DNA from: an uncultured Candidatus Saccharibacteria bacterium
GTDB taxonomy: Bacteria > Patescibacteriota > Saccharimonadia > CAILAD01 > BJGX01
Length of the DNA stretch: 64,000 nt
NCBI GenBank assembly: GCA_964552475.1
Contig: CAZKFZ010000002.1
Coordinates: 134,160 to 198,159, forward strand
Reading direction: 5' to 3'
Under the pieces are notes generated by a model, which was given only the letters and a program-made list of their open reading frames with translations, was not told where the DNA came from and made no database searches. The translations under genes were made by a program, and so were the position numbers. How positions within the stretch are numbered: position 1 is the stretch's first letter; every line of letters begins with the position of its first letter. Positions 1-9,906 of this stretch are shown one piece after another.

Positions 1-693
1 ATCATTTTGAAGTGGAAAATTAAAATTAACCTCATAAATTGTACTGTCTCCAAAAACCATTAGGGCTGATTTCTTGAGGAGCGACTTATCACCGAAATTA
101 TAAGCTGCCTCCCCCCTCTTTACGCCCAAGCTTGTGGGTTTTACGCCCGTAGTATGGAGTGTGCCGAAGTTTTCCGGTACATAAAGCATTACAGAATATT
201 CACTATTACCCTCTTGGGGTACTGCCGGAATACTGACCGTATGGGCACTGCCCTTGGTTTCTACTAGTTTATTGGTGTTATAGCTTACTATAAACTGCCA
301 ATTAAGTCCTCTACCGGTATTCGGCCTAGGAAATTTTATATTTATTTGTAGATAATTATAGCTATAGCCTTGGCTTTCAGATTTTTTTAGCTCGGTTGTA
401 AAAGGTACGCTGGTACCGTCTGAATATTCTACGGATATATTTTTGGCATCATCTATTGGGGTTGATAACTGTATGCCATCAAGATACTTATTGTCGACAT
501 TATTTGAAACACTATACGTTTCCTCCACTCTGGTGGTAGTGTCTGATTGTACTCTATAAACCGCCGATACTTTGTAGTTAAATTCTTCAGAGGCGAAAGT
601 GCGAAATGGTAGTGCCGCAAATAGTACGCTTACAGCTAATATTATTGCAAGCCCACCGTGCATTTGTCGCTTAACTATCCTACTTAAACTCAT
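1..693 (-). CDS. Hypothetical secreted protein, 5'-partial in window (start ATG at 691-693, runs off the window start). Predicted N-terminal signal peptide MSLSRIVKRQMHGGLAIILAVSVLFAALPFRTFASEE.
   Basis: Manual translation of the minus strand from 693 down to 1 gives 231 codons with no stop. The hydrophobic N-terminus is typical of a signal peptide. The ORF is not in the supplied track, presumably because it has no stop inside the window. Confidence 0.5.
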   Translation of the reverse strand, partial: MSLSRIVKRQMHGGLAIILAVSVLFAALPFRTFASEEFNYKVSAVYRVQSDTTTRVEETYSVSNNVDNKYLDGIQLSTPIDDAKNISVEYSDGTSVPFTTELKKSESQGYSYNYLQINIKFPRPNTGRGLNWQFIVSYNTNKLVETKGSAHTVSIPAVPQEGNSEYSVMLYVPENFGTLHTTGVKPTSLGVKRGEAAYNFGDKSLLKKSALMVFGDSTIYEVNFNFPLQND

Positions 694-721
694 TGTTTTA
701 TTTTAGCATAACTGCTTAGGG

Positions 722-1540
722 CTAGAGTATGCTTAAAGCAACGTCATAAAGATTTTTCCACTGCGCAAAACTTAGTTCTTGTGCGCGAGTGCTTGGTGGT
801 ATCTTAGCATTTATGAGCAACTTTTCGGCAACACTACCTTTTATATGTAAACTACCGGCTAAACTATTTCTAAGCGTCTTGCGTTTCTGTGAGAAACCAG
901 CCTTTACCAGTCGCATAAATACGTCTGGATTTACGTCAATTATTGGATTGTCTAATAGAGTAATTTTTATAATTGCAGAGTCAACTTTTGGTGGAGGCTG
1001 AAACTTGTCTTTAGTAACTATAACAACTAGCTGAGGCTTAGCGAGTAGCTGTACGCTTATTGCTAATGTCGACATTTTACCAGGTTGGGCTACAATAGTT
1101 TCAGCCACTTCTTTTTGTATTAATAAGATAATATTTTTGGGAGGATTATTACTAGAAAGTAAATTTCTTAATAATATAGAGGTAAGATAATAAGGTATAT
1201 TTGCTACAACAATATATTTGGGAGGCAATAGATCTAGCTTAAACTTCAGAATGTCTTCTTCAATAATCTCAACATTATTTTTAAGCGCAAATTGTGCTCT
1301 TAGACCAGGCACCAGGTCACTATCTTTTTCTATGGCAACTACTTTTTTACAACGCTCAGCCAACATTTCGGTGAGAGGCCCTCTGCCAGGACCAATCTCT
1401 AAAACTGTATCTTCACTTTTTAATTTGGCAACATCAATAATAGCGCGGAGTGTAGATTGGTCGAACAACCAATGCTGACCAAGTGATTTTTTAGTTCTAG
1501 GCATATCTTCAAGTATTAAGTAATAAAGTTCAACTTGCAA
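722..1540 (-). CDS. rsmA: 16S rRNA (adenine1518/1519-N6)-dimethyltransferase RsmA/KsgA
   Basis: SAM-binding motif EIGPGRGPLT, HWLFDQ, and NIPYY catalytic motif characteristic of the KsgA/Dim1 family. Confidence 0.9.
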   Translation of the reverse strand: MQVELYYLILEDMPRTKKSLGQHWLFDQSTLRAIIDVAKLKSEDTVLEIGPGRGPLTEMLAERCKKVVAIEKDSDLVPGLRAQFALKNNVEIIEEDILKFKLDLLPPKYIVVANIPYYLTSILLRNLLSSNNPPKNIILLIQKEVAETIVAQPGKMSTLAISVQLLAKPQLVVIVTKDKFQPPPKVDSAIIKITLLDNPIIDVNPDVFMRLVKAGFSQKRKTLRNSLAGSLHIKGSVAEKLLINAKIPPSTRAQELSFAQWKNLYDVALSIL

Positions 1541-1582
1541 GCAAATGTATATTTAAACTTCAATATTAATATAATAATTATT

Positions 1583-2767
1583 CTACTTAAGAAATCTTCC
1601 GCAGAGTGGCCAGGGGCTAGCGCCACGTCTTTTATAGGTATCTAGTGCTTTGGCGTCTTGTACGGCTGGTGGAGCATCGGCAGGGTCGTAGTAGCCACCA
1701 TAGTTGTTCCAGGTAGCAAAATCGAATTGATATGCACCACGATATTTGGGGTTGCGTTTATTGGCATAATTTCCACCAGATTCACAAGCACGTAGCTTAG
1801 CCCAACCATCGGTATTTAGAGTAGCCGGACCCACCACTACTACTTTAGCTACTGGCTCAATAGTAACTTTTTCTTCAAACAACGTCCTATTTTGTTCAAT
1901 GCCATCTACCTCGGTAACTAGAAAACTTGTTATTTTTTTACCTGGCGATCCAGGATTTTGTACTTGATTATAGCCAGTGGGTTTAGTTTCATCTGTCTGA
2001 GTAACTGTGATGGGTGCGATTTCGGTTTCTTGGGTAATGAGTCTTTGAGATGTATGACTCACAATAACCTTCATGCCCGAATATATCTGACTATCGAAAG
2101 GCACATTAATTCCATCGCTCGCATTCACATTGAGCCTTTTTTCGTAGACAAGTTCAGAGACTGTTTTGGCGTGAGTACGAAACTCAAAAGTTTGACCAGA
2201 AAGCACTACAGTCACCGGAATAGCTCTTTTTATAACAAGTTGTTGGCCTACCGATTGGCTTTGCACAAATTCATCAACCCTCTCAGTCTCTACAATGTCT
2301 TCAGGATAAAGTTTGATTCCAGCCTGTTCAATGACTTTTTTGGGTGTACGATAACCAGATGTAATAGAAATTGATTTGTCGCCATCAATAATTTCATAAG
2401 TAAAAGCACGATAAATATTAACATTGGTTACACCCATAGTTATTGGCTCACCAAGTGAAGGCTCCACAACATCACCTTTTTGAAGAGTAATACCCATTTT
2501 ATCTAGAGCTTCGCCTACTGTAGCAGCGCCAGTAGCAACTGTTTTGTTTTGACCATCGTAATACACCGAAACCAAGTTCTGATCACTAGCTAGAGCAGTT
2601 GTATTGGCTGTAAACTGATCGTGAGACCAGGCGATTGTAGTAAGAATAAATATAAAAACAAGCCCTGCAACAATCAGGCCCCGCTTGAATGTGTATGGCT
2701 TTGGTTTGGGATTATTTGGTTTTGCTACTTTTTTTCTATGTGTAGCTTGAATATCACTAACGCGCAA
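1583..2767 (-). CDS. RpfB-like resuscitation-promoting factor: N-terminal TM, DUF348/G5-like repeats, C-terminal Rpf-type transglycosylase-like domain
   Basis: C-terminal WAKLRACESGGNYANKRNPKYRGAYQFDFATWNNYGG matches the Rpf/transglycosylase-like domain signature (CESGGN...YQF...TW). Middle repeats resemble DUF348/G5. Adjacency to ksgA mirrors the actinobacterial rpfB-ksgA synteny. Confidence 0.7.
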   Translation of the reverse strand: MRVSDIQATHRKKVAKPNNPKPKPYTFKRGLIVAGLVFIFILTTIAWSHDQFTANTTALASDQNLVSVYYDGQNKTVATGAATVGEALDKMGITLQKGDVVEPSLGEPITMGVTNVNIYRAFTYEIIDGDKSISITSGYRTPKKVIEQAGIKLYPEDIVETERVDEFVQSQSVGQQLVIKRAIPVTVVLSGQTFEFRTHAKTVSELVYEKRLNVNASDGINVPFDSQIYSGMKVIVSHTSQRLITQETEIAPITVTQTDETKPTGYNQVQNPGSPGKKITSFLVTEVDGIEQNRTLFEEKVTIEPVAKVVVVGPATLNTDGWAKLRACESGGNYANKRNPKYRGAYQFDFATWNNYGGYYDPADAPPAVQDAKALDTYKRRGASPWPLCGRFLK

Positions 2768-2845
2768 CTTTGGTAAAATAACTCGCCTCGCAATTTAAAT
2801 TAATAACTAAAAGACGTTTTTTGTTTTAATTTTTACCTGCTTGAT

Positions 2846-2875
2846 ATTGTACCTTCTTATGCTTTGGCCTGTCAA
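2846..2875 (-). promoter_or_regulatory. Candidate sigma70-type promoter (TTGACA-N18-TACAAT) for the rpfB-like gene
   Basis: Minus strand reads TTGACAggccaaagcataagaaggTACAAT about 70 nt upstream of the start at 2767. Confidence 0.3.
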
Positions 2876-2947
2876 TACCTGGTTTGAGCACAAAAAGTGT
2901 TCATATTATTCTAGTGAGTTCTTCATTAAATTATAAGGTTTTTTATA

Positions 2948-5104
2948 TTATACTTTTTTAATATTTGCAAAGTTAAGGTTTAAGGTTTTTTGACCTACTG
3001 TACTAAACTTAATTACTGCTTCTAGATCATTAAGAGACAACACCTTACCTTGTCCAAAACTAGCATGATATACTGTATCTCCAGGGTTTAGTTGGGGTAT
3101 TTCAACAAATGGTTCGTCGTTAAAAGTTTCTGCAATACTCACCAGGTTTTGATTTGCTTGATAATTATTACTTACACTACCAACATGCTCTACAAGATCT
3201 GCTGGTATTTCAGATAAGAATCTAGATGGAGTGCTGTGTTGGGTTGTGCCGTATATGAGTCGAGCATTGGCGGTGGTCATAAATAGGTGTTGTTTGGCAC
3301 GAGTCATACCAACATAGCAAAGTCTTCTCTCTTCTTCTAGCTGACTTGGCTCAAAAAACGTTCTGCTGTGTGGAAAAATACCATCTTCTAAACCAACCAT
3401 AAACACCGTGTTAAACTCCAAGCCCTTTGCCGAGTGGAGAGTCATTAATGTAACAGCTCCTTCATTGTCACGTAAGTTATCTAAATCTGAAATTAAACTA
3501 ATTTCAGTTAAAAATTCCTCTAGATTTAAATTGTTATAAGCCTTTGCTACACTTAGTAATTCTCTAACGTTTTCTATTCTCTCACTCGCACTAATACTTC
3601 CATCATCGAGATAGTCTAAATAACCCGTGCGCTTAATAACGGCTTCTATAAAATCGCTCACTACTAGGTTGGATGATTCTTGCTGTAAGCTAGATATTAC
3701 AGATGCAAAATTACTCAAGCTAGTTGCAGCCTTACTACTTAAACCCTCTATAACACTTGCTTGAGACATAGCATCTAGTAGTGGTATCTCGTACTTTGCA
3801 ACGTAGTCATAAAAAGTTTGCAAACTTTTCTGACCCAGTCCACGTGGGGGCAAATTAATTATCCTTGCCAAAGATACTTGATCATTTGGCTGAAAAATAA
3901 ATCTTAAATACGACAAAGTATCTTTTATTTCTTTTCTTTCATAAAACCTTACTCCACCAATTATTTGGTAGCCTACGCCATAACGTAAAAATGACTCTTC
4001 TAGGCTTCGGGATTGAGCATTGGTACGATACAAAACCGCAAAGTCGTGAAGACTCAGGTGAGAATCTTGCTTTATCATCTCTTGAATAGTTTGAATAATG
4101 TATCTACCCTCTTCTAGCTCATCTCTCACAGCGACCAACTTAATTTTTTCACCGCTACTAGCATCGGTCCATAATTTCTTTTCTGAACGCGCCAAGTTTT
4201 TACTAATGACTGCGCCAGCTGCATCTAGAATAGTTTGAGTGCTTCTGTAATTACGCTCTAATTTAATTATTTTGGCTTTGGGATAGTCTTTTTCGAAATT
4301 TAAAATGTTTTCGTAATTAGCCCCGCGCCAAGAGTATATACTCTGCCAATCATCACCCACTACACAAACATTTTGGTGCTTTTCACCAAGCAACTTAATA
4401 AGTTTGTATTGGGCGTGATTAGTGTCTTGGTACTCATCTACCAATATATACTTAAATTGTTTCTGATATTTTTCACGTAACAACGAATCTTCTTGAAGGA
4501 GCATTACGAGCTTCATAATGAGATCGTCAAAATCCATTGCCTCGGCTTTTTGCAGAGCAAGTTGATAACGTGGATATATTTCTGCAGAAATTTCTTGTAA
4601 ACGTCCGACAGCTAATCTCTTGTATTCATCTGGGCCAATAAGCTCGTTTTTGGCGCTAGATATTACATTTGCCACACCATTAGGAGTAATTTGTTTTTCA
4701 TCTAGCTTCATCTCGTTGATAATCTTTTTTATAAGAGAGTGGCTATCGGCTGAATCGTAAATTAAAAAACTACTACTGTAGCCGATTGCGCTGGACTCAC
4801 GGCGTAGTATTCTATTAGAGATGGAATGAAAAGTTCCCAAAAAAGGCATATATTGAGTATTGTCTTCGTCAAACTGTAGAAGACGCGCAACTCTACGGCG
4901 CATTTCACCGGCTGCCTTATTTGTAAAAGTAACCGCCAGTATATTGGCCGGATCGATCTTCTTATCTTGTACTAGATAAGCCAAGCGATGAGTAAGGGCC
5001 TTGGTCTTACCGCTACCAGCACCTGCCAGCATTAATACTGGACCTTCGGTAGTAATAACCGCTTCTTTTTGTTGCTCGTTTAAGCCTTTTAGCACATCTT
5101 TCAT
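2948..5104 (-). CDS. pcrA: ATP-dependent DNA helicase, UvrD/PcrA family
   Basis: Walker A AGAGSGKTKALTHR, helicase motifs (DEYQDTN, VGDDWQSIYSWRGA), UvrD-like C-terminal domain. Confidence 0.88.
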   Translation of the reverse strand: MKDVLKGLNEQQKEAVITTEGPVLMLAGAGSGKTKALTHRLAYLVQDKKIDPANILAVTFTNKAAGEMRRRVARLLQFDEDNTQYMPFLGTFHSISNRILRRESSAIGYSSSFLIYDSADSHSLIKKIINEMKLDEKQITPNGVANVISSAKNELIGPDEYKRLAVGRLQEISAEIYPRYQLALQKAEAMDFDDLIMKLVMLLQEDSLLREKYQKQFKYILVDEYQDTNHAQYKLIKLLGEKHQNVCVVGDDWQSIYSWRGANYENILNFEKDYPKAKIIKLERNYRSTQTILDAAGAVISKNLARSEKKLWTDASSGEKIKLVAVRDELEEGRYIIQTIQEMIKQDSHLSLHDFAVLYRTNAQSRSLEESFLRYGVGYQIIGGVRFYERKEIKDTLSYLRFIFQPNDQVSLARIINLPPRGLGQKSLQTFYDYVAKYEIPLLDAMSQASVIEGLSSKAATSLSNFASVISSLQQESSNLVVSDFIEAVIKRTGYLDYLDDGSISASERIENVRELLSVAKAYNNLNLEEFLTEISLISDLDNLRDNEGAVTLMTLHSAKGLEFNTVFMVGLEDGIFPHSRTFFEPSQLEEERRLCYVGMTRAKQHLFMTTANARLIYGTTQHSTPSRFLSEIPADLVEHVGSVSNNYQANQNLVSIAETFNDEPFVEIPQLNPGDTVYHASFGQGKVLSLNDLEAVIKFSTVGQKTLNLNFANIKKV

Positions 5105-5153
5105 TAGCTTATTGTACTATACGAACTTTGGCCGAACAGAAAACTAACATGCT

Positions 5154-5681
5154 TTATTTTCTTACATCTTCGTTGTAGCGCTCTACGCACTCACTAAAAA
5201 TTACTTTGGCTTCTTCAAAGCCGGCAAAGCCTTTTATTTCTACAATGTCACCTTTAAGATCTTTGTAGTGTTCAAAGTAATGTTTTACTGCATGTTTCCA
5301 ATGTTCAGCTACATCATCTAGTGATTTAATATCATCATAGTGCTTGTCGTCACTTGGTACTCCAATAAGTTTGTTGTCTACCTCGCCGCTGTCTATCATG
5401 TACATCACTCCTATAACACGGGTAGGTACAATCAAACCCATTGGCATGGGGTCGTCTGAGATAAGTAACATATCAAGAGCATCACCATCTTCATCGAGTG
5501 TAGAAGGAACGAAGCCATAATCGCTAGGACTACCTAGGTGAGTTTGGTGAACTCTGTCGAGTACAAAGTTTTTTAGTTCTCTCTCGTATTCAATTTTTAA
5601 TCGGCTACCTTTTGGGTTTTCTATAACTGTATTAACAATTTCAGGAGCTTTATCGCCGTAAGTAATATCTAAAAGTGACAT
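5154..5681 (-). CDS. ppa: Inorganic pyrophosphatase (family I)
   Basis: 175 aa. Conserved DGDALDMLLI and PTRVIGVMYMIDSGEVDNKLIGV motifs of family I PPases. Confidence 0.9.
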   Translation of the reverse strand: MSLLDITYGDKAPEIVNTVIENPKGSRLKIEYERELKNFVLDRVHQTHLGSPSDYGFVPSTLDEDGDALDMLLISDDPMPMGLIVPTRVIGVMYMIDSGEVDNKLIGVPSDDKHYDDIKSLDDVAEHWKHAVKHYFEHYKDLKGDIVEIKGFAGFEEAKVIFSECVERYNEDVRK

Positions 5682-5749
5682 TTATTATTTCTTTCTATTT
5701 AATTATTTCAAAGCTAATTATACCTGTTGAGTTCAAATAATGCTACCGG

Positions 5750-6526
5750 CTATGTAAGAGTGCTGGCGTTTACAATGTCGGTAAACTTTTTATAATCTAA
5801 ACTAGCGCCGCCAACCAACAATCCATCTATTCCTTGCAAATTAAGATAAGTCTTGGCGTTTTGTGGCTCCACACTACCTCCGTATAGCACTCTAACCTTC
5901 ATGCTCGCAAGACGGCCGTAGGTGTGAGCCAGAGTATTTCTAATAAGTAATATCATCTCTTCTACTACAGCAGGTTTTGCAAAGTTACCAGTACCAATAG
6001 CCCAAACTGGTTCGTAGGCAATTGCTAGATCTTTTATTTCATCATCAGTAATACCATGTAATGCTGTGTTTATTTGGTCTAAAACCGTTTGCTTTGCACG
6101 ACCCTCACTACGCTGTTGCTGAGTTTCTCCTACACACAATATAGGTTTTAGATTGTGTCGCATAGCTATCACTAGCTTTTGAGAATCTATCTTGTCAGTC
6201 TCATTATAATATTTTCGTCTTTCAGAATGACCAACAATGACGTAGTCTGCCAAGCCTTTTACCATACTTGCTGATATTTCGCCGGTGTATGCACCCTCTT
6301 CGTGTTCACTAATGTTTTGAGCGCCAAGTTTAAAACTTGATTTGTTTTTTATATTAATTAGCTCACGGTGCAAAACAAAAAGATGCGTAGCTGGAGGACA
6401 TAGTACTATGTCGCACATAGGAAACTCCCCAATCTCTTTTCGTAAGCGATCAAATAGTAAAGAACCTTCACTAATTGTGGTGTTCATTTTCCAATTACCG
6501 ACTATAAGTTTTTTGGGTGTAGACAT
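5750..6526 (-). CDS. tpiA: Triosephosphate isomerase
   Basis: VGNWKMN, GHSERR, AYEPVWAIGTG signature motifs. Confidence 0.92.
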   Translation of the reverse strand: MSTPKKLIVGNWKMNTTISEGSLLFDRLRKEIGEFPMCDIVLCPPATHLFVLHRELINIKNKSSFKLGAQNISEHEEGAYTGEISASMVKGLADYVIVGHSERRKYYNETDKIDSQKLVIAMRHNLKPILCVGETQQQRSEGRAKQTVLDQINTALHGITDDEIKDLAIAYEPVWAIGTGNFAKPAVVEEMILLIRNTLAHTYGRLASMKVRVLYGGSVEPQNAKTYLNLQGIDGLLVGGASLDYKKFTDIVNASTLT

Positions 6527-6559
6527 AAGAATTATTATAGTCTATTGCCCATCGAGATA

Positions 6560-8092
6560 CTAGACTTCTACTAATCTCACAGTGTCTGTTCCGCCTACAA
6601 CACTTGAGTGAGTACCAAAAGCTAACACTACCCAATCACCAGGACGTAGGTTTTTCTTTGCAATTAATTTTTTAATGACACCACCGCTAATATGGTGTTT
6701 TTTGGGCACTAAGTATGGTTTTCCACCCCAAACAAGTGCCATCTGATTGCAAACCTTTTCATCGGGCGAGGCGATAATCATTGGCATGGGTGGTCTTAGT
6801 GATGCTATTGAAAGAGCCGTGGAACCAGTAAGAGTTTCAGCAAGTATTATTTTGGCCCCTACTTGTTCGGCAAGCGTAATAGCCGCCAAGCTAACACTAG
6901 TTTGAGCATCGGCGCTAGCAATTTTACTTGGTTTTACTTTAGCCCTAAGTAACTTTCGAGATTGAGTAATAAAACGACTCACTTTGCCAACCTGTTGCTC
7001 GTAATCTATTGGCAATTGGGTAGTTCTACCATTAGAGTCTGGCATTAAGTCTATCTCCAGGCGATTATTTGAATAGTAACTTTCGCTTTTTAAAATTACA
7101 CGTTTCATAAGCTGTACGGTCTGTAATGGATATTGACCAGCCGCAGTTTCGCCCGAGAGCATTACACAACTCACACCTAGACTAACAGCGCTCGCAATAT
7201 CATTAACTTCTGCACGAGTGGGTTGAGGATTAGATACCATACTTTCTAGCATTTGAGTTGCCATAATAACCGGTTTTTTATATGCACGTGCTTTTTGAAT
7301 TATCTCACGCCCTATTAAAGGCACTTCTTCGTTGCTAGTTTCTATAGCTAGGTCGCCTCTAGCAATCATTACAATGTCTGATGCTGCGATAATAGACTCT
7401 AGGTTTTGTGTAGCTACCTTTGTTTCGATTTTCGCAATTACTCTAGCCCGACTGCCATTCTGTTTTAGCAAATTTTTTAAGAAAATAATATTTTCAGCAG
7501 TTTGAACGAAACTCAAAGCAACATAGTCTACATCGTTAGCATAAGTAAACTCTAAATCTTTTTTATCTTTTGGAGTAATAATAGTCTTGGAGTCAAAGAC
7601 AGTATCAGGAAGGTTAACTCCATGATTACTCATGACTTTACCCGAGTTTTTAATCTCTACCTTCACTTCATTATTTTCTATACTTAGTATTTCCGTACCA
7701 ACCGTACCATCACGCAAAAATATTCTGTCGCCTTTTTTTACTAGGTGTGAAAAATTAAATTGAATCGGTAAATGATCTTTGTCACACTTCTTGTTAAAAC
7801 AAAAGGTAATTTTTTGACCAGCTCTAAGTTCTACACCGCCTTGTGGCAAGGCACCAAGACGTATTTTAGGACCCTGCAAATCTTGAATAATTGCTACCGA
7901 TCTATCAAGTTTTTTTGCTGCTTTACGGGCATTGAGTAAAACAGATCTATGCCATGCATGGGTATTATGACTAAAATTGAGCCTAACGCCATTCACGCCA
8001 GCCGACAAAAGATCTTCTATCTTCTCTTCACTAGCAGGGCCAATAGTGGCTATTATCTTGGTTTTTTTAAAGGTTGATGCATCGCTACTCAT
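6560..8092 (-). CDS. pyk: Pyruvate kinase
   Basis: KTKIIATIGPAS, RLNFSHN, MIARGDLAIE, MLSGETAAGQYP motifs. 510 aa with a C-terminal extension. Confidence 0.9.
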   Translation of the reverse strand: MSSDASTFKKTKIIATIGPASEEKIEDLLSAGVNGVRLNFSHNTHAWHRSVLLNARKAAKKLDRSVAIIQDLQGPKIRLGALPQGGVELRAGQKITFCFNKKCDKDHLPIQFNFSHLVKKGDRIFLRDGTVGTEILSIENNEVKVEIKNSGKVMSNHGVNLPDTVFDSKTIITPKDKKDLEFTYANDVDYVALSFVQTAENIIFLKNLLKQNGSRARVIAKIETKVATQNLESIIAASDIVMIARGDLAIETSNEEVPLIGREIIQKARAYKKPVIMATQMLESMVSNPQPTRAEVNDIASAVSLGVSCVMLSGETAAGQYPLQTVQLMKRVILKSESYYSNNRLEIDLMPDSNGRTTQLPIDYEQQVGKVSRFITQSRKLLRAKVKPSKIASADAQTSVSLAAITLAEQVGAKIILAETLTGSTALSIASLRPPMPMIIASPDEKVCNQMALVWGGKPYLVPKKHHISGGVIKKLIAKKNLRPGDWVVLAFGTHSSVVGGTDTVRLVEV

Positions 8093-8155
8093 AACCTTAC
8101 TATACTGTAAGCATAAGTAAGTTACTAGACACTTCTAGATATCTAGATAAAAATC

Positions 8156-8461
8156 TTAGGCAGAATTCTGCAAATCTTCTGAATCGCCCAACTCTTCTTC
8201 TGTAGTTTTAGCTTCTTCTCCCCAGTCGTAGGGCCTAGGTTCTTTTGGACTAAATGTTACGGCATTTGAATCTGGTGTCGCTGTAGTACTTTGTTCTGGT
8301 CTTATAGGTTCTTTGGTTGCCTGCATATCGACATCTAATCTACCTTGTGCTTTATCTGTGCCCATACCCTTCTTGTAGCCAAAGTCGGTTAGGCTAGTTC
8401 TGCGTGAATCGGAAGTTGGCGGTTGCGGATCTGATAGTCTCTCTGGTGACATAGTCGTTCC
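8156..8461 (-). CDS. Small acidic, probably disordered hypothetical protein (start moved to the internal Met MSPERLS, which has a good AAGGAA RBS)
   Basis: The internal ATG at 8459-8461 is preceded by AAGGAA on the minus strand, whereas the longer track ORF (to 8512) lacks an RBS. Hydrophilic composition, no recognisable domain. Contains a DWGEE motif. Confidence 0.45.
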   Translation of the reverse strand, partial: GTTMSPERLSDPQPPTSDSRRTSLTDFGYKKGMGTDKAQGRLDVDMQATKEPIRPEQSTTATPDSNAVTFSPKEPRPYDWGEEAKTTEEELGDSEDLQNSA

Positions 8462-8579
8462 TTTTTTAATTCTTAAGCTTACTATACTATAGGTATAGAT
8501 ATCATTCAACAAAGTCTTGAGTAAGTAGGTGGTTTATGCTATGATTCAATCTGTTAATAACCAAATGAATTCAGTTGAT

Positions 8580-8654
8580 GGCCCCATCGTCTAGGGGTTA
8601 GGACACCAGGTTTTCATCCTGGCAACAGGGGTTCGAATCCCCTTGGGGTCACCA
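8580..8654 (+). tRNA. tRNA-Glu (anticodon TTC), CCA encoded
   Basis: Cloverleaf by eye: acceptor GGCCCCA/TGGGGTC, anticodon stem CCAGG/CCTGG with loop TTTTCAT, T-loop GGTTCGAATCC. Confidence 0.85.
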
Positions 8655-8706
8655 ACTTAATTTATTTAAATCAGTATTTGTAATATTATTTGATATACTT
8701 ATAATT

Positions 8707-9906
8707 ATGAATAAACTGCTTACGCTTGAAGATATTAATATAGAAAACAAAAAAGTTTTTTTACGCGTTGACTATAATGTAGTTACTGATGGAAAGATAA
8801 TAGATGAGTTTAGAGTAAGTTCTAGTTTATCTACCATTAAATATTTGCTAGAAAAGAACTGTTCAATTATCTTAGCTAGTCACAATGGTAGACCAGGTGG
8901 TAAGCGAGTAGAGAGTATGAGCCTTCGGCCAGTAGCTAAGCTCTTGCCCAGACTACTTAATCGAGATGTAATTTTTTTGGATGACTGTATAGGAGAAGAA
9001 GTTCAGGATACAGCTAAATACTTAAGACCTGGCGACATATTGTTACTAGAAAATTTACGTTTTCACTCTGGTGAAGAATCTAATAATGCAGCTTTTGCAA
9101 AAGAATTGGCGAGTTTGGCTGAAGTGTATGTAGATGATGCCTTTGCGGCAGTACATAGAGCACACGCCAGTACAGTTGGCGTACCAAAATTACTACCTCA
9201 CTGTGCTGGCAAACTGGTACAAAAAGAATACGAGATGTTTACTATGCTAATGGACAAACCACCTCGCCCCTACACCGCCGTAATTGGTGGTGCCAAGACA
9301 AGCGATAAAATTGCCGTACTAAGTGAGCTACTAAGACACGTCAATGCTCTACTAATAGGCGGTGCTATGGCTAACACTTTTTTAGCTGCAGCAGGACACA
9401 ATCTTCGTGGTAGTAAAATAGAAAAAGATAGTATAAAAGACGCTCTAAAGATTATTCAGTCTGCAAAAAGGCGAAAAGTAAAACTTTTGTTGCCTAGTGA
9501 TCTAGTGGTAGCAAAGAAGGTGGACAATAGACAAAAAGGTAAGGTAGTAAAAGTAGATAAACTAGTTCCTGGTGATTTAGCGCTCGATATCGGTCCAGAT
9601 ACTATGGATGTATTTAATAAAATCGTTTCTCAAAGCCATACAGTTTTTTGGAATGGTACTATGGGAATTGCCGAAATACCTGCTTTTGCCAAAGCGAGCG
9701 ATAGCCTCGCTCACGCCATGATAAGTTCAGATGCTCAGACTATAGTAGGAGGTGGGGATACCGCAGCGTTTGTAGACAAGATTAACTTAAATGAGCATTT
9801 TAGCTTTGTTTCTACTGGTGGTGGTGCTAGCTTAGAATTACTTGCTGGCAAAAAACTACCTGGTCTTGAAGTACTAATGAGAAAGAAAGTTAGTATAGCT
9901 ACTTAG
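8707..9906 (+). CDS. pgk: Phosphoglycerate kinase
   Basis: N-terminal RVDYNV, ASHNGRPGG, and C-terminal GGGDT/STGGGASLE motifs. Confidence 0.92.
   Translation: MNKLLTLEDINIENKKVFLRVDYNVVTDGKIIDEFRVSSSLSTIKYLLEKNCSIILASHNGRPGGKRVESMSLRPVAKLLPRLLNRDVIFLDDCIGEEVQDTAKYLRPGDILLLENLRFHSGEESNNAAFAKELASLAEVYVDDAFAAVHRAHASTVGVPKLLPHCAGKLVQKEYEMFTMLMDKPPRPYTAVIGGAKTSDKIAVLSELLRHVNALLIGGAMANTFLAAAGHNLRGSKIEKDSIKDALKIIQSAKRRKVKLLLPSDLVVAKKVDNRQKGKVVKVDKLVPGDLALDIGPDTMDVFNKIVSQSHTVFWNGTMGIAEIPAFAKASDSLAHAMISSDAQTIVGGGDTAAFVDKINLNEHFSFVSTGGGASLELLAGKKLPGLEVLMRKKVSIAT

Noticed and set aside
1958-2374. Plus-strand 138-aa ORF inside the rpfB-like gene.
   Set aside because: Antisense to a domain-supported CDS, Cys/Phe-rich odd composition, no RBS.
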